From a virus: a stretch of DNA of 64,000 bases. Of the stretch, positions 9,214 to 17,016 are shown piece by piece. Below the pieces are notes generated by a model. The model searched no databases. It was given only the letters and a program-made list of their open reading frames with translations, and was not told the origin of the DNA. How positions within the stretch are numbered: the stretch's first letter is position 1; every line of letters starts with the position of its first letter. Location: positions 262,762 to 326,761 of the IMG/VR virus record IMGVR_UViG_3300020429_000529; one strand, 5' to 3'. Position numbers and translations under genes: made by a program.

Positions 9214-10866
9214 TTAGTCGGTCAGCGATCCCGACATGAACGACGAGATGACGTTCGGAGTCGCCGTGTCGAAGCCAACAACATCGAGCATTCCCGGGTC
9301 GCTGGGGTCAGCGATCGAGAAGCCGTTGGAGTTCATCGCAACGACTGCGAGCTTTGCATCCTCAACCCTCTTGGCGCGGTAGCGCTTGAGAGCCTCGAAC
9401 GGGTGGATCGAGCCGTAGTAAGTCTCCGAGTCCGTGAGGACCATGAAGGAGTCGAAGTCATCCTGCAGCGACATGGCGTGCGTCATGGGCAGAGAGCAGT
9501 CCGTGCCGCCGTAGGTGAGACCCGACATCTTCTTGAGAACCTGGTCAAGACGCATACGCGGAGTGATTCCAGCGTCCTTGATTCCCGTATCGAAGACCGT
9601 GATCTCGTAGTTGTTCTCGACGCGAGCCGTGACCATGCTGAGTACCGCCGCAGCCTCCGCGCAGGAGACGTTTTCGATACCGCTGCAAGCAACGCCCATC
9701 GAGCCCGAGGCGTCGATTCCGATGAAGTAGTTCTTACCCGTCGCCTCGACGTTGCCGAACGACGCGTAGAAGGCCTCATCCAGAGCATCAACGATGCGCT
9801 GGTCCGCCTGCCAGGTAAGCTTGCCTCGGAATCCTCCGCCCTGCGAGTAGGTCTTGAGCGCTACAAGGACCGAGAGCGGGTGCACTCGGCTCTTGCGCAG
9901 GTACGACTCGTCCGTGAGCTTGTCAAGAACGATCGCACGGTTCGCGCTCTTACCCGTACCAAGCACGCCGTAGCTCGTCAGACGACCGAGCGAACGGATC
10001 AGCGCCGTGAGCGGCATGCCCGGAAGCATGACCTCCCAAACCTCGCCCTTCGAAGCGAACTCCTTCGGGATCAGTTCGTGCGGCAGGTTGATCTTGTCCG
10101 CGCGGTACTTCTCGATGAGGTCAGCGACCTCCTGAGCCGAACCCGCAGCCTTCATCTGCTCCGCAGCGCGGAGAATCTTCAGGTCTGCAGCGATACGCCC
10201 CGGAAGCTTGCCCTTCGTGACGTAATCGTAGACGCGGTTGTGCTTGGTGTCGCCGAACGGGTGAGCCTTACGCATCAGGTCGCGGTGCGACCAGCGAGAC
10301 TGCGTAACGCCCTCCTCGGTAACGCGCTGCGGGTACTTCACAACCTGGTACGCCAGGCGCGAAGCATCCATCTCGTTGTACCAGCGAGCGATCGCCTTAC
10401 GGAGGCCCGTACCCCAGCCGCGCATCGCCGAAACGTACTGCGCGAACTGGAACAGGTGCGTACCGATACGAGCGACCTTCGGCAGCGAAGCGAGCGCGTA
10501 GGAACGCACTTCGGCGTCCTCAGACGCAGCCGCGATCGCAAGAGCGAAGAGCGCAGGCTCGTTCTTCGGAGCGCGTCCGGCGTCAGAGATCGCGACGATC
10601 TCATCGACCACTCGCTTTCCGTCCTCCTTGAGGCAGCGCAGGATGCAGTTGGCGTTGTCGATCGTGAGCTTGCGCTCGCCGACGTAGTAAGTACCGCCCT
10701 CTGAGCCGAGGATCAAGAATCGGCTGAGCCGATCCCAATCGGAGACCTGAAAGACGTACCCGCCTGCGTTGTTCTTGACCTGATTCTTCCCAAGAGCCTT
10801 GCGGGTCTGAGGAGTCGTTCGCATTCCAAAGTGAGTTGAGTACGCCATTTCTGTCACCCCTTTCAA
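9214..10866 (-). CDS. rsr: Ro60/TROVE-domain ribonucleoprotein (Rsr) with C-terminal vWA domain
   Basis: 550 aa; TROVE-like N-terminal region and C-terminal vWA with DxSGS MIDAS (IGIDASGSM); same architecture as Ro60/Rsr. Confidence 0.8.
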   Translation of the reverse strand: MKGVTEMAYSTHFGMRTTPQTRKALGKNQVKNNAGGYVFQVSDWDRLSRFLILGSEGGTYYVGERKLTIDNANCILRCLKEDGKRVVDEIVAISDAGRAPKNEPALFALAIAAASEDAEVRSYALASLPKVARIGTHLFQFAQYVSAMRGWGTGLRKAIARWYNEMDASRLAYQVVKYPQRVTEEGVTQSRWSHRDLMRKAHPFGDTKHNRVYDYVTKGKLPGRIAADLKILRAAEQMKAAGSAQEVADLIEKYRADKINLPHELIPKEFASKGEVWEVMLPGMPLTALIRSLGRLTSYGVLGTGKSANRAIVLDKLTDESYLRKSRVHPLSVLVALKTYSQGGGFRGKLTWQADQRIVDALDEAFYASFGNVEATGKNYFIGIDASGSMGVACSGIENVSCAEAAAVLSMVTARVENNYEITVFDTGIKDAGITPRMRLDQVLKKMSGLTYGGTDCSLPMTHAMSLQDDFDSFMVLTDSETYYGSIHPFEALKRYRAKRVEDAKLAVVAMNSNGFSIADPSDPGMLDVVGFDTATPNVISSFMSGSLTD

Positions 10867-10878
10867 TCGACTCAGAGC

Positions 10879-11424
10879 CTATTCTCTGAGTATGTGAGTG
10901 ATCTCACAAACTAAATCTTCAATGTGCCTGACATTGCCTCTCGGCAACGCAAACCTGTCTCTGTTCCGTCTAATGAATGACCTTATGCGTTGCAGGTCAT
11001 TCTTGTCAAGTTCCCTCGACGAAATTTCTGCCCGAACTGCTTCCTTCCACTCTTTCAGGTCAGATTTCCGAATCTCCAAGCGAGGATCAAACGGAGTCAT
11101 CCAACCAGCTTCGATGTTCGCCTCCATGAAGTCGCTATAAACCCAACTGCTGATCTCGTATTCATCCTCATGGAGGAAATCTCGACCGGCCTTGTGGATC
11201 GAAAGCGCTCGATGGTGCCCGTCTCGTATGTAGAGGGCCTCGTCTTCGAAGCGAGCGATCTGAATCAGTTGTAGGTGCCCTTCTCCTGTTTCATTCAAAT
11301 GGCGCTGAAGCTCTGCAAGGTTGAACCTGCCTCCCTTGCGGACATGTTCGATCATCCGAGAGATTTGGTCAGTGTCTCTCAGATCGGCATGAGTCGGCAA
11401 CAATTCAGCAATGCGCAGCATCAT
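10879..11424 (-). CDS. ParB/sulfiredoxin-like nuclease domain protein
   Basis: IRDGHHR motif (ParB N-terminal DGHHR signature); stop lies 13 nt upstream of the rsr start. Confidence 0.6.
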   Translation of the reverse strand: MMLRIAELLPTHADLRDTDQISRMIEHVRKGGRFNLAELQRHLNETGEGHLQLIQIARFEDEALYIRDGHHRALSIHKAGRDFLHEDEYEISSWVYSDFMEANIEAGWMTPFDPRLEIRKSDLKEWKEAVRAEISSRELDKNDLQRIRSFIRRNRDRFALPRGNVRHIEDLVCEITHILRE

Positions 11425-11490
11425 ACTGCCATTGTATCATGGTCCTATTCACATTGTTCGGAGGAACGTGGGATTCCTCATGTCAGTAAG

Positions 11491-11565
11491 CGGGGTACAC
11501 GGGGATCGAACCCGCAGCCTCCGGATCGACAGTCCGGTGTTCTTCCATGTGCGAACTCCTACCCC
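11491..11565 (-). tRNA. tRNA-Asp(GTC)
   Basis: Manual cloverleaf: GGGGTAG acceptor, anticodon loop CTGTCGA, T-arm GCGGGTTCGATCCCCGT, discriminator G; 75 nt; no encoded CCA. Confidence 0.65.
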
Positions 11566-11579
11566 GAGTTCTATGTAAG

Positions 11580-11653
11580 CGAGGCCGAAGGGACTCGAAC
11601 CCTCAGTCTCCGGATCGACAATCCGGGGCATTCACCAATTATGCTACGACCCC
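11580..11653 (-). tRNA. tRNA-Asp(GTC), second copy with U32 anticodon-loop variant
   Basis: Cloverleaf GGGGTCG...; loop TTGTCGA; T-arm GAGGGTTCGAGTCCCTT; 74 nt. Confidence 0.6.
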
Positions 11654-11799
11654 AAGTTTTCAAGACGGCAGACTGGTCTTTCACCAATCACGCAGCACAA
11701 CAGAGCGCAGTATCAGAAGGTCTTGGCGTCCGATCAAGGACAGATCCTTATGAGTAACCCCGATGTCGCATGCGGTTGTCCCGCATCGCTACCGTCAAA

Positions 11800-11927
11800 A
11801 GCCGCTGGCAGGATTCGAACCTGCATCCTCCCGCTCCATATGCGATAACCGTTTGTCATCGACTCCTTCGCAGGAGTATGGGTTCGACGAACGACCGTTA
11901 GGCGCTCTACCGTTGAGCTACAGCGGC
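11800..11927 (-). ncRNA. tRNA-like RNA (128 nt): canonical acceptor, D-arm and T-arm, but anticodon arm replaced by a structured domain of about 80 nt
   Basis: GCCGCTG/CAGCGGC acceptor, GCTCAACGGTAGAGC D-arm, GCAGGTTCGAATCCTGC T-arm; no 5-bp/7-nt anticodon hairpin; insert has a CTCCT-GCGA-AGGAG GNRA hairpin inside a CCATA/TATGG stem. Confidence 0.5.
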
Positions 11928-11947
11928 AATCAGTATTCAGTTGTAAA

Positions 11948-12073
11948 TGGCCGGGGCAGGATTCGAACCTGCAAGATCAATTTATGAGATTGATGTGTTG
12001 ATAACCTTCATTCATTCGGCTCATTGCTGAGCATGTTATCGACAAAGGGTTGGTGCCATTACACTACCCGACC
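11948..12073 (-). tRNA. tRNA with CAT anticodon (Met/Ile2-type) carrying a D-loop insertion of about 52 nt (126 nt total)
   Basis: Acceptor GGTCGGG/CCCGGCC; D-stem GTGT...ACAC enclosing the insert (GATAAC/GTTATC stem plus GCTCA-GCAA-TGAGC hairpin); anticodon arm TCAAT-CTCATAA-ATTGA; T-arm GCAGGTTCGAATCCTGC. Confidence 0.45.
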
Positions 12074-12087
12074 TAAGTTCCTTTCAA

Positions 12088-12161
12088 TAGCGGATACGGG
12101 GATCGAACCCGTCTCTGCGGCTTATGAAACCGCCCTCTGCACACCAGCCGAGTCATCCGCA
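12088..12161 (-). tRNA. tRNA with CAT anticodon (Met-type); 1:72 is U-U unpaired
   Basis: Anticodon arm GCGGT-TTCATAA-GCCGC; T-arm ACGGGTTCGATCCCCGT; acceptor 6 bp GCGGAT/ATCCGC plus T1/T72 mismatch; 74 nt. Confidence 0.5.
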
Positions 12162-12380
12162 ATCTAAACACGGTTTGCAGGTCATTCTCCTGCCGGGCCT
12201 ACCCTCGGATCAGTCCGAGATCGGTCAGCGTTTGCAACCGCTCCTGCTTCTCGCAGGCGGAACCGTAAAACGTAGCGCCGTCTTTCGACGAGCGCTACAT
12301 GGGGCCGGTTGCGGGTGCCGAAGCACCAGCGTGGCCTCCACCACTTGCTCTTTTGCTTGAGAAGCAAGAAACTCGTTCAA

Positions 12381-12454
12381 TAGCGGGGGAAGGATTCGAA
12401 CCTCCGACCTTTTGGTTATGAGCCAAATGAGCTACCAGACTGCTCTACCCCGCA
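12381..12454 (-). tRNA. tRNA-Met(CAT), initiator-like
   Basis: Near-identical to bacterial tRNA-fMet: GCGGGG-TA-GAGCAGTCTGGTAGCTC...CTCATAA...GGTTCGAATCC; 1:72 U-U mismatch; 74 nt. Confidence 0.6.
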
Positions 12455-12532
12455 ATCAATAAAACAGATATGTTGGCGTTGCTTGGACCTTTGTGTGAGA
12501 TAAGTTAACCAATCAACTTCGACCTGTTTTAA

Positions 12533-12604
12533 TCAGAGTGACAGGAATCGAACCTGCTTAGACCTGGCCCCAAACCAGGCGACCTGCCAATGGCCCACAC
12601 TCTG
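12533..12604 (-). tRNA. tRNA-Pro(TGG)
   Basis: C1-G72, A73; anticodon arm CCTGG-TTTGGGG-CCAGG; T-arm GCAGGTTCGATTCCTGT; 72 nt. Confidence 0.65.
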
Positions 12605-12780
12605 TAATCGATGCTTGCTCCGTCCTCACAACCTCTTACTCTTGGACAGAATCGGGAGCTTACCCCGACAGACTTGCCTTCTTAGGGCGTGCGATCGTGC
12701 GCCGAGGTTTGGTAACGCCGATCTTATCTCCCCGCCTAAACGGGTCTCTGCAAACATCATCTGCTATTCGATTGTCAAAG

Positions 12781-12855
12781 TCGGAGTGATTGGATTCGAA
12801 CCAACGACCTTCTGTCCCCCAGACAGACGCGCTCACCAAGCTGCGCCACACTCCG
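12781..12855 (-). tRNA. tRNA-Pro(GGG)
   Basis: C1-G72, A73; anticodon arm TCTGT-CTGGGGG-ACAGA; T-arm GTTGGTTCGAATCCAAT; 75 nt. Confidence 0.65.
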
Positions 12856-13059
12856 AAACAAGAACAAGTATGGGGTGCCAAGGGAGACCCGACAGATAAT
12901 GTAAGCTCCTGCCTTTGACAGCAGTACGAGACACTTTGCGATTCGCTGGGCTCTGCCGATCTCAGCAAGCTGAGATTTACCCGAGAATCATGTCTCAAGC
13001 TTTTCGCGTAATTGATAACCCTACAGCTTCGACCTGTTCTTCTTATTCAGTTTTCAAAG

Positions 13060-13133
13060 TCAGGATGAAAGGATTTGAACCTTCGACCTCTTACTCCCGA
13101 AGCAAGCGCTCTGCCAAGCTGAGCTACACCCTG
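13060..13133 (-). tRNA. tRNA-Pro(CGG)
   Basis: C1-G72, A73; anticodon arm CTTGC-TTCGGGA-GTAAG; T-arm GAAGGTTCAAATCCTTT; 74 nt. Confidence 0.6.
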
Positions 13134-13247
13134 ATGATTCGCAAGTATGGGGCGGCAGAAGAGTTTGGCTTTCGCCACTTTGTGATCAATACAAGGTGTT
13201 AACCTTCAAACCTTCGACCTGCGAGTCGTTCTTATTCAGTTGTCAAG

Positions 13248-13353
13248 CGCCCTCGATTGGATTCGAACCAACTGTAACCAGGATAACCGTTAACTGTCGG
13301 CCCAATCGGGCATGTTGTCGCCAACGGATCGTGACCCTTGCGGGTCCGAGGGC
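13248..13353 (-). ncRNA. tRNA-like RNA (106 nt): acceptor stem and T-arm present, GNRA hairpin immediately after 5' acceptor strand, no anticodon arm identified
   Basis: GCCCTCG/CGAGGGC acceptor; GTTGGTTCGAATCCAAT T-arm; GACCC-GCAA-GGGTC hairpin; GCCC-GATT-GGGC hairpin. Confidence 0.45.
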
Positions 13354-13894
13354 ATTCTAAAAAAAAGCAGGTATGGGTCGCAGAAGGCGTTACGTTTCAA
13401 GTTAACCTTGTTGCATCGACCTGCAATCGTTCTGTGTTTTGTACGAGGCGTGGGATTCCTCGGTCTGTCAGTGTCTCATCTATCGATCATCGGCAGAGAA
13501 GACTCCCAAGATTCCACGCAGTTTCCTACGAAAATCTTGGACTTTATTCAGTTGTGGAAGTGAGATCGACCTGCTTAGGGGCTCAGATTAGGCCGCCGTA
13601 TCAGTAAACCCGAACGGCGGCAATGCAGGGTCTTCTGCACTTCCGTGGCGATTCGGTTGATCGCCAATCATCTTGTTGATGGTCCGTTCCATGGTCTCCT
13701 CGGTCGTTCAGAGAGGGGCTGTCCCCTCATATAACGCAGAGCTTAGCAGTTTGTTCCGCCCTGTCAAGAGCCTCTATCGACTTTTTTCGCTCTCGACATG
13801 AATGGCAGTATACCAACTCAGTCGTCACCTGCAACCACTTCTTCGTCAGTGGCCAGAATTCCTTCTTGAATATCCAAAAATCTGCCGAACAAGG

Positions 13895-14530
13895 TCATTG
13901 GGTCGTCATGCCGACTTCGGCGATCCCCATTTCTTTGCGGATCTCGGTCGAAGACAACCCGATCAGCGCATCATTGAGAGGCTCTTCGGGTACAAAGTTG
14001 ATCGGCAACTGACCTGGCAGATCGTTGATCGTCCAGAGCTTGTCGTTCATGCGCCTCGGGTAGACATGGAACAAAGCTCTGATGCCCTGCGTCCCGACTG
14101 TCGAGTGCATGGAGACGATCCGCAGCGCCGTATCGATACCGATATGGATATGGATGTCTCGGACAGCAGCAAGAACGCCAGTCTTGTCGTAGAAGAGAGG
14201 ATGCTTCGAGACGATCAGCGGACCTTCGTCGTTGAACTGAGTCGCTCGCCCTTCCATGATCTTCGACTCGATCGTGCCCTTGTTGGCTCGGTCGATTGAC
14301 ATCTCGTAGCAGACATGGGCCGTAGGACCGGCGATCTCCGCTGCTCGCTGGTAGATGGCTCGATGGCCGTCATGGATGGGATTGAAAGATCCTGGTACGA
14401 GATGCAGTACCGAATCGCCGAACGGATGTTCGTCGCCGTTGATCGGATCGATCGCGCCGTTGGGATGGCGGACAAAAGCAAACAACGGGTCGTTCTGACA
14501 GGTGTGGTATGCGATCTCAAAGGTATACAT
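13895..14530 (-). CDS. nicotinamide/nicotinate mononucleotide adenylyltransferase (NMNAT, cytidylyltransferase superfamily)
   Basis: GSFNPIHDGH, the (H/T)xGH nucleotidyltransferase motif; start overlaps the upstream stop. Confidence 0.65.
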   Translation of the reverse strand: MYTFEIAYHTCQNDPLFAFVRHPNGAIDPINGDEHPFGDSVLHLVPGSFNPIHDGHRAIYQRAAEIAGPTAHVCYEMSIDRANKGTIESKIMEGRATQFNDEGPLIVSKHPLFYDKTGVLAAVRDIHIHIGIDTALRIVSMHSTVGTQGIRALFHVYPRRMNDKLWTINDLPGQLPINFVPEEPLNDALIGLSSTEIRKEMGIAEVGMTTQ

Positions 14531-15217
14531 TCAACCCTCTCCGTCAAGCCAGTGGTTGTGGTCTTCGGTCAGACCTCCGCTGCCAGAATCGTAGAGACGA
14601 GCAATATACTCGCCATTATTCAAGCTGGCAAACGACGGGTCATTGAGAAGCAGCGACATAACGGCGCGAGAGATAGATTCATCTTCCGCTCGACGCCGAC
14701 CGGCGAGCGCCTGCATGTTGACGCCTCCGTCAACAATGTAGAGAGCTTCCCATTCGGCCTTCTCTTGCTTCGAGATGGCGATCTTGTAGAACTCTCGGCT
14801 TCCGTCAGGTCGATGGATGCCTACAAAGGCTCGGTTATCGCCTCGACGCCAGCGCGTCGTCGTCAGCGCCGCTGAAATTACGATGCTGATGATCGGAGCA
14901 ACGCTGTTGCCCCTGTTGCGATGTTCGAGCGCTTGCAGGTACTTGGAGATGGTCTTCTCGGAGCAGAAGTCGAACTTGTCGAGCGCTCCAAGCGTCGGCT
15001 CAAGGAACCTCAGCGTTTCGCCCTGCTCGTAAGGCATATGCATGCCCAGGATCCTCGCAGAGGCTCCAGGAACGATCAGAAGCTCTCCGAGGCTCATGCC
15101 GCCGCCCGTAGCGAACAGCGACAGCAGAGGAGCCTTAGAGCCGTCTCCTACCTCGTCCAGATACCTCTCAGAGAACTGGACGACGGCTTCGGGATAATCG
15201 AGTACCCATTGACTCAT
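14531..15217 (-). CDS. CinA C-terminal domain-like protein (possible NMN deamidase PncC-like)
   Basis: LFATGGGMSLGELLIVPGASARILGMHMPY resembles the CinA_C ESCTGG...PGSS...GG.V.Y signature; lies between NAMPT and NMNAT. Confidence 0.4.
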   Translation of the reverse strand: MSQWVLDYPEAVVQFSERYLDEVGDGSKAPLLSLFATGGGMSLGELLIVPGASARILGMHMPYEQGETLRFLEPTLGALDKFDFCSEKTISKYLQALEHRNRGNSVAPIISIVISAALTTTRWRRGDNRAFVGIHRPDGSREFYKIAISKQEKAEWEALYIVDGGVNMQALAGRRRAEDESISRAVMSLLLNDPSFASLNNGEYIARLYDSGSGGLTEDHNHWLDGEG

Positions 15218-15225
15218 GATCGCTC

Positions 15226-16788
15226 CTAAGCGGCGGCTGCCGCCTTCATTGCAACGATCTCGGGCAGTTCGGCTCGTTCGCGGACCTCAGCAAAAGTCCA
15301 TTCCTGAACGATCTCCCCGTCTCGGAAGACCTCAACAAGCAGGTCTCCGCCGAAATCATCAACATTCTCATTGAGGGTATTGATGGTCCGCAGCGTACCG
15401 CCATCGTTGACGAGCGCCAGCAGACCTCGCTTGCTGTTCTTGCTGCTGCCGGTCTTGGGTTGCTTGTAGACCTCAAAGCCTTCGCCGTTGATCTCGCTGT
15501 AGCAAGCCTTGAAAGCGCAAGCGTAGGTGTCTCGGTTCATCTTCTGCAACAGAGCGCCGCCGCTGCCGAAGGCCAGGTTCTCGACAGACCATCCGGCATC
15601 GACAACCGCTTGCAGAATCGCTCGGAGGCTTCGCCAGTTGATACCATCGCCCTGAATGACTCGAATCGAGTCATGCAGAACCTTGTAGCCCTTGGCGTTT
15701 TCGGTGTACCCGAACTTCTCGCCGAGGACTTCGAGAACCTTGGGGACGATCTCGGTCGGTTCGCCCGAATCGGGACGAACAACCAGAACGCCCTCTCGTT
15801 CCATGATCTGTTCCTTGAGTTCTCCGCCCCAGACATCGGCGCAGAGTCCGAACAGGTCATAGGAATCAGAAACGCAGGCAACAAAGCCCGTTGGGAACTG
15901 TTCGACCAGACGGCGACAGATTTCTCGTTCGCCTTGCGGACCCTTGATGGTCATGATCGAGTGTTCGGTTGCGGGGATGCTGTAGCCGCTCATTGTTCGG
16001 CTGTAGAACTCGTCCCATGCTCGGAACGAATCATCTGCATCCCAGTCGCCATGAGGAGTAATGCCAATTCGATCGTATTCGAGCAGCTTCTCGAACTCGT
16101 CGCCCTGGTAGAACTGCGTTGTCATCTCGATCGCAGCCATCGTATCGGTGCCTGCAAAGTTGACGAGATGGGCCGCTCCGCCCAGCGCTGCGCTTTCGAC
16201 GCTCGATACGCCTCGGTAGCCGAAGTCATGCAGGCGACTCGGCATGAGGATGGGGATCAGATGATCCTCGGTCGTCATCTGCATGAACTCGAAGATGGTC
16301 TGCTTGCAGGAGCGAGACAGCGAGGCGACGGTCATTGGATACCAGACTTGTACGAGAATGGTTTCCAAGAAGTTCGTCAGCCAGAAGCAGTTCGGGTCGG
16401 TGTTCTCGATCATCATGAGGACATTCGAGACCGGAACGACCGTACCTTCGGGGACGGCCCGAATCGTTACCGGCAGTCGTCCGCCATGGTTCTTGATGAT
16501 GTATCGCCAGCCCTCTTCATTGAAGAGCGTTTCATCGCCCATGAAGTGGTGCTTACAGAAGGCCTTGATGCGAGGCAGATCATGGTAGCCAACGACGCCG
16601 CCTCGGAAGAACCGCTTGAGGAAGTATTGCAGACCGAAGAAGACGGTTTCGTCAGAGAAGTCTGAACCCGCCCTCGCCTCGAAATACGAGACCAGCCGCT
16701 CAACGCCTTCAACATAAAGACGATGATGCGTGATCTTGTAGCTGTCGGTAAAGTTGGGCAACGAAAGATGAAGTGCCTGCGCTACCAT
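15226..16788 (-). CDS. nadV: nicotinamide phosphoribosyltransferase (NAMPT)
   Basis: 520 aa; N-terminal SYKITHH...YFLKRF and overall NAMPT/NadV-like sequence; adjacent to NMNAT as in phage NAD salvage modules. Confidence 0.75.
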   Translation of the reverse strand: MVAQALHLSLPNFTDSYKITHHRLYVEGVERLVSYFEARAGSDFSDETVFFGLQYFLKRFFRGGVVGYHDLPRIKAFCKHHFMGDETLFNEEGWRYIIKNHGGRLPVTIRAVPEGTVVPVSNVLMMIENTDPNCFWLTNFLETILVQVWYPMTVASLSRSCKQTIFEFMQMTTEDHLIPILMPSRLHDFGYRGVSSVESAALGGAAHLVNFAGTDTMAAIEMTTQFYQGDEFEKLLEYDRIGITPHGDWDADDSFRAWDEFYSRTMSGYSIPATEHSIMTIKGPQGEREICRRLVEQFPTGFVACVSDSYDLFGLCADVWGGELKEQIMEREGVLVVRPDSGEPTEIVPKVLEVLGEKFGYTENAKGYKVLHDSIRVIQGDGINWRSLRAILQAVVDAGWSVENLAFGSGGALLQKMNRDTYACAFKACYSEINGEGFEVYKQPKTGSSKNSKRGLLALVNDGGTLRTINTLNENVDDFGGDLLVEVFRDGEIVQEWTFAEVRERAELPEIVAMKAAAAA

Positions 16789-16811
16789 TGGTTGTTCCTT
16801 GCTCTTGCGGC

Positions 16812-16982
16812 TTAGCTGCCGACCGTGTACCTGATTCCCTTGACGATCAGTCCCTTGGGCGAGATCAGGGCGACTTGGGACTTGGCGTCATCCAGATCGC
16901 ATCCATTTTCTCGTACAAGGATCTCGATGAGTTCATCCTTGCTGACCGTCTTGATTTCCATGGTGGGTGTTTCGTCGCTCAT
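16812..16982 (-). CDS. small hypothetical protein (56 aa), absent from ORF track
   Basis: ATG(16980-16982)...TAA(16812-16814) in the gap between NAMPT and the channel gene, co-oriented. Confidence 0.3.
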   Translation of the reverse strand: MSDETPTMEIKTVSKDELIEILVRENGCDLDDAKSQVALISPKGLIVKGIRYTVGS

Positions 16983-17016
16983 GGCTGTTCCTCCCTAATG
17001 CTCCACGCAGCCCTTG

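Noticed and set aside
9403-10704. 433-aa plus-strand ORF antisense to rsr, and the Arg-rich minus ORFs 9483-9791 and 10338-10604
   Set aside because: They have Arg/Leu/Val-rich low-complexity translations typical of the antisense frame of a GC-biased gene. The rsr frame has clear TROVE and vWA features.
11449-11987. Short ORFs (11449-11631 minus, 11547-11753 plus, 11763-11987 plus) and 12615-13202 ORFs lying over the tRNA array
   Set aside because: They overlap well-formed tRNA cloverleaves and have no start context. They are artefacts of open frames in structured-RNA DNA.
11800-13353. Calling the insert-bearing tRNA-like RNAs definite YrlA/Y RNAs
   Set aside because: Their 5' and 3' ends form a tRNA acceptor stem with an adjacent T-arm. 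This differs from the Y RNA topology as I recall it, where the termini close the Ro60-binding helix. I kept them as tRNA-like ncRNAs pending model-based searches.
13354-13894. Additional tRNA in the 540-nt non-coding stretch downstream of the array
   Set aside because: It contains copies of the cassette flanking motifs but no GGTTCGAATCC-type T-arm or acceptor pairing. It is more likely degenerate cassettes or a regulatory region.
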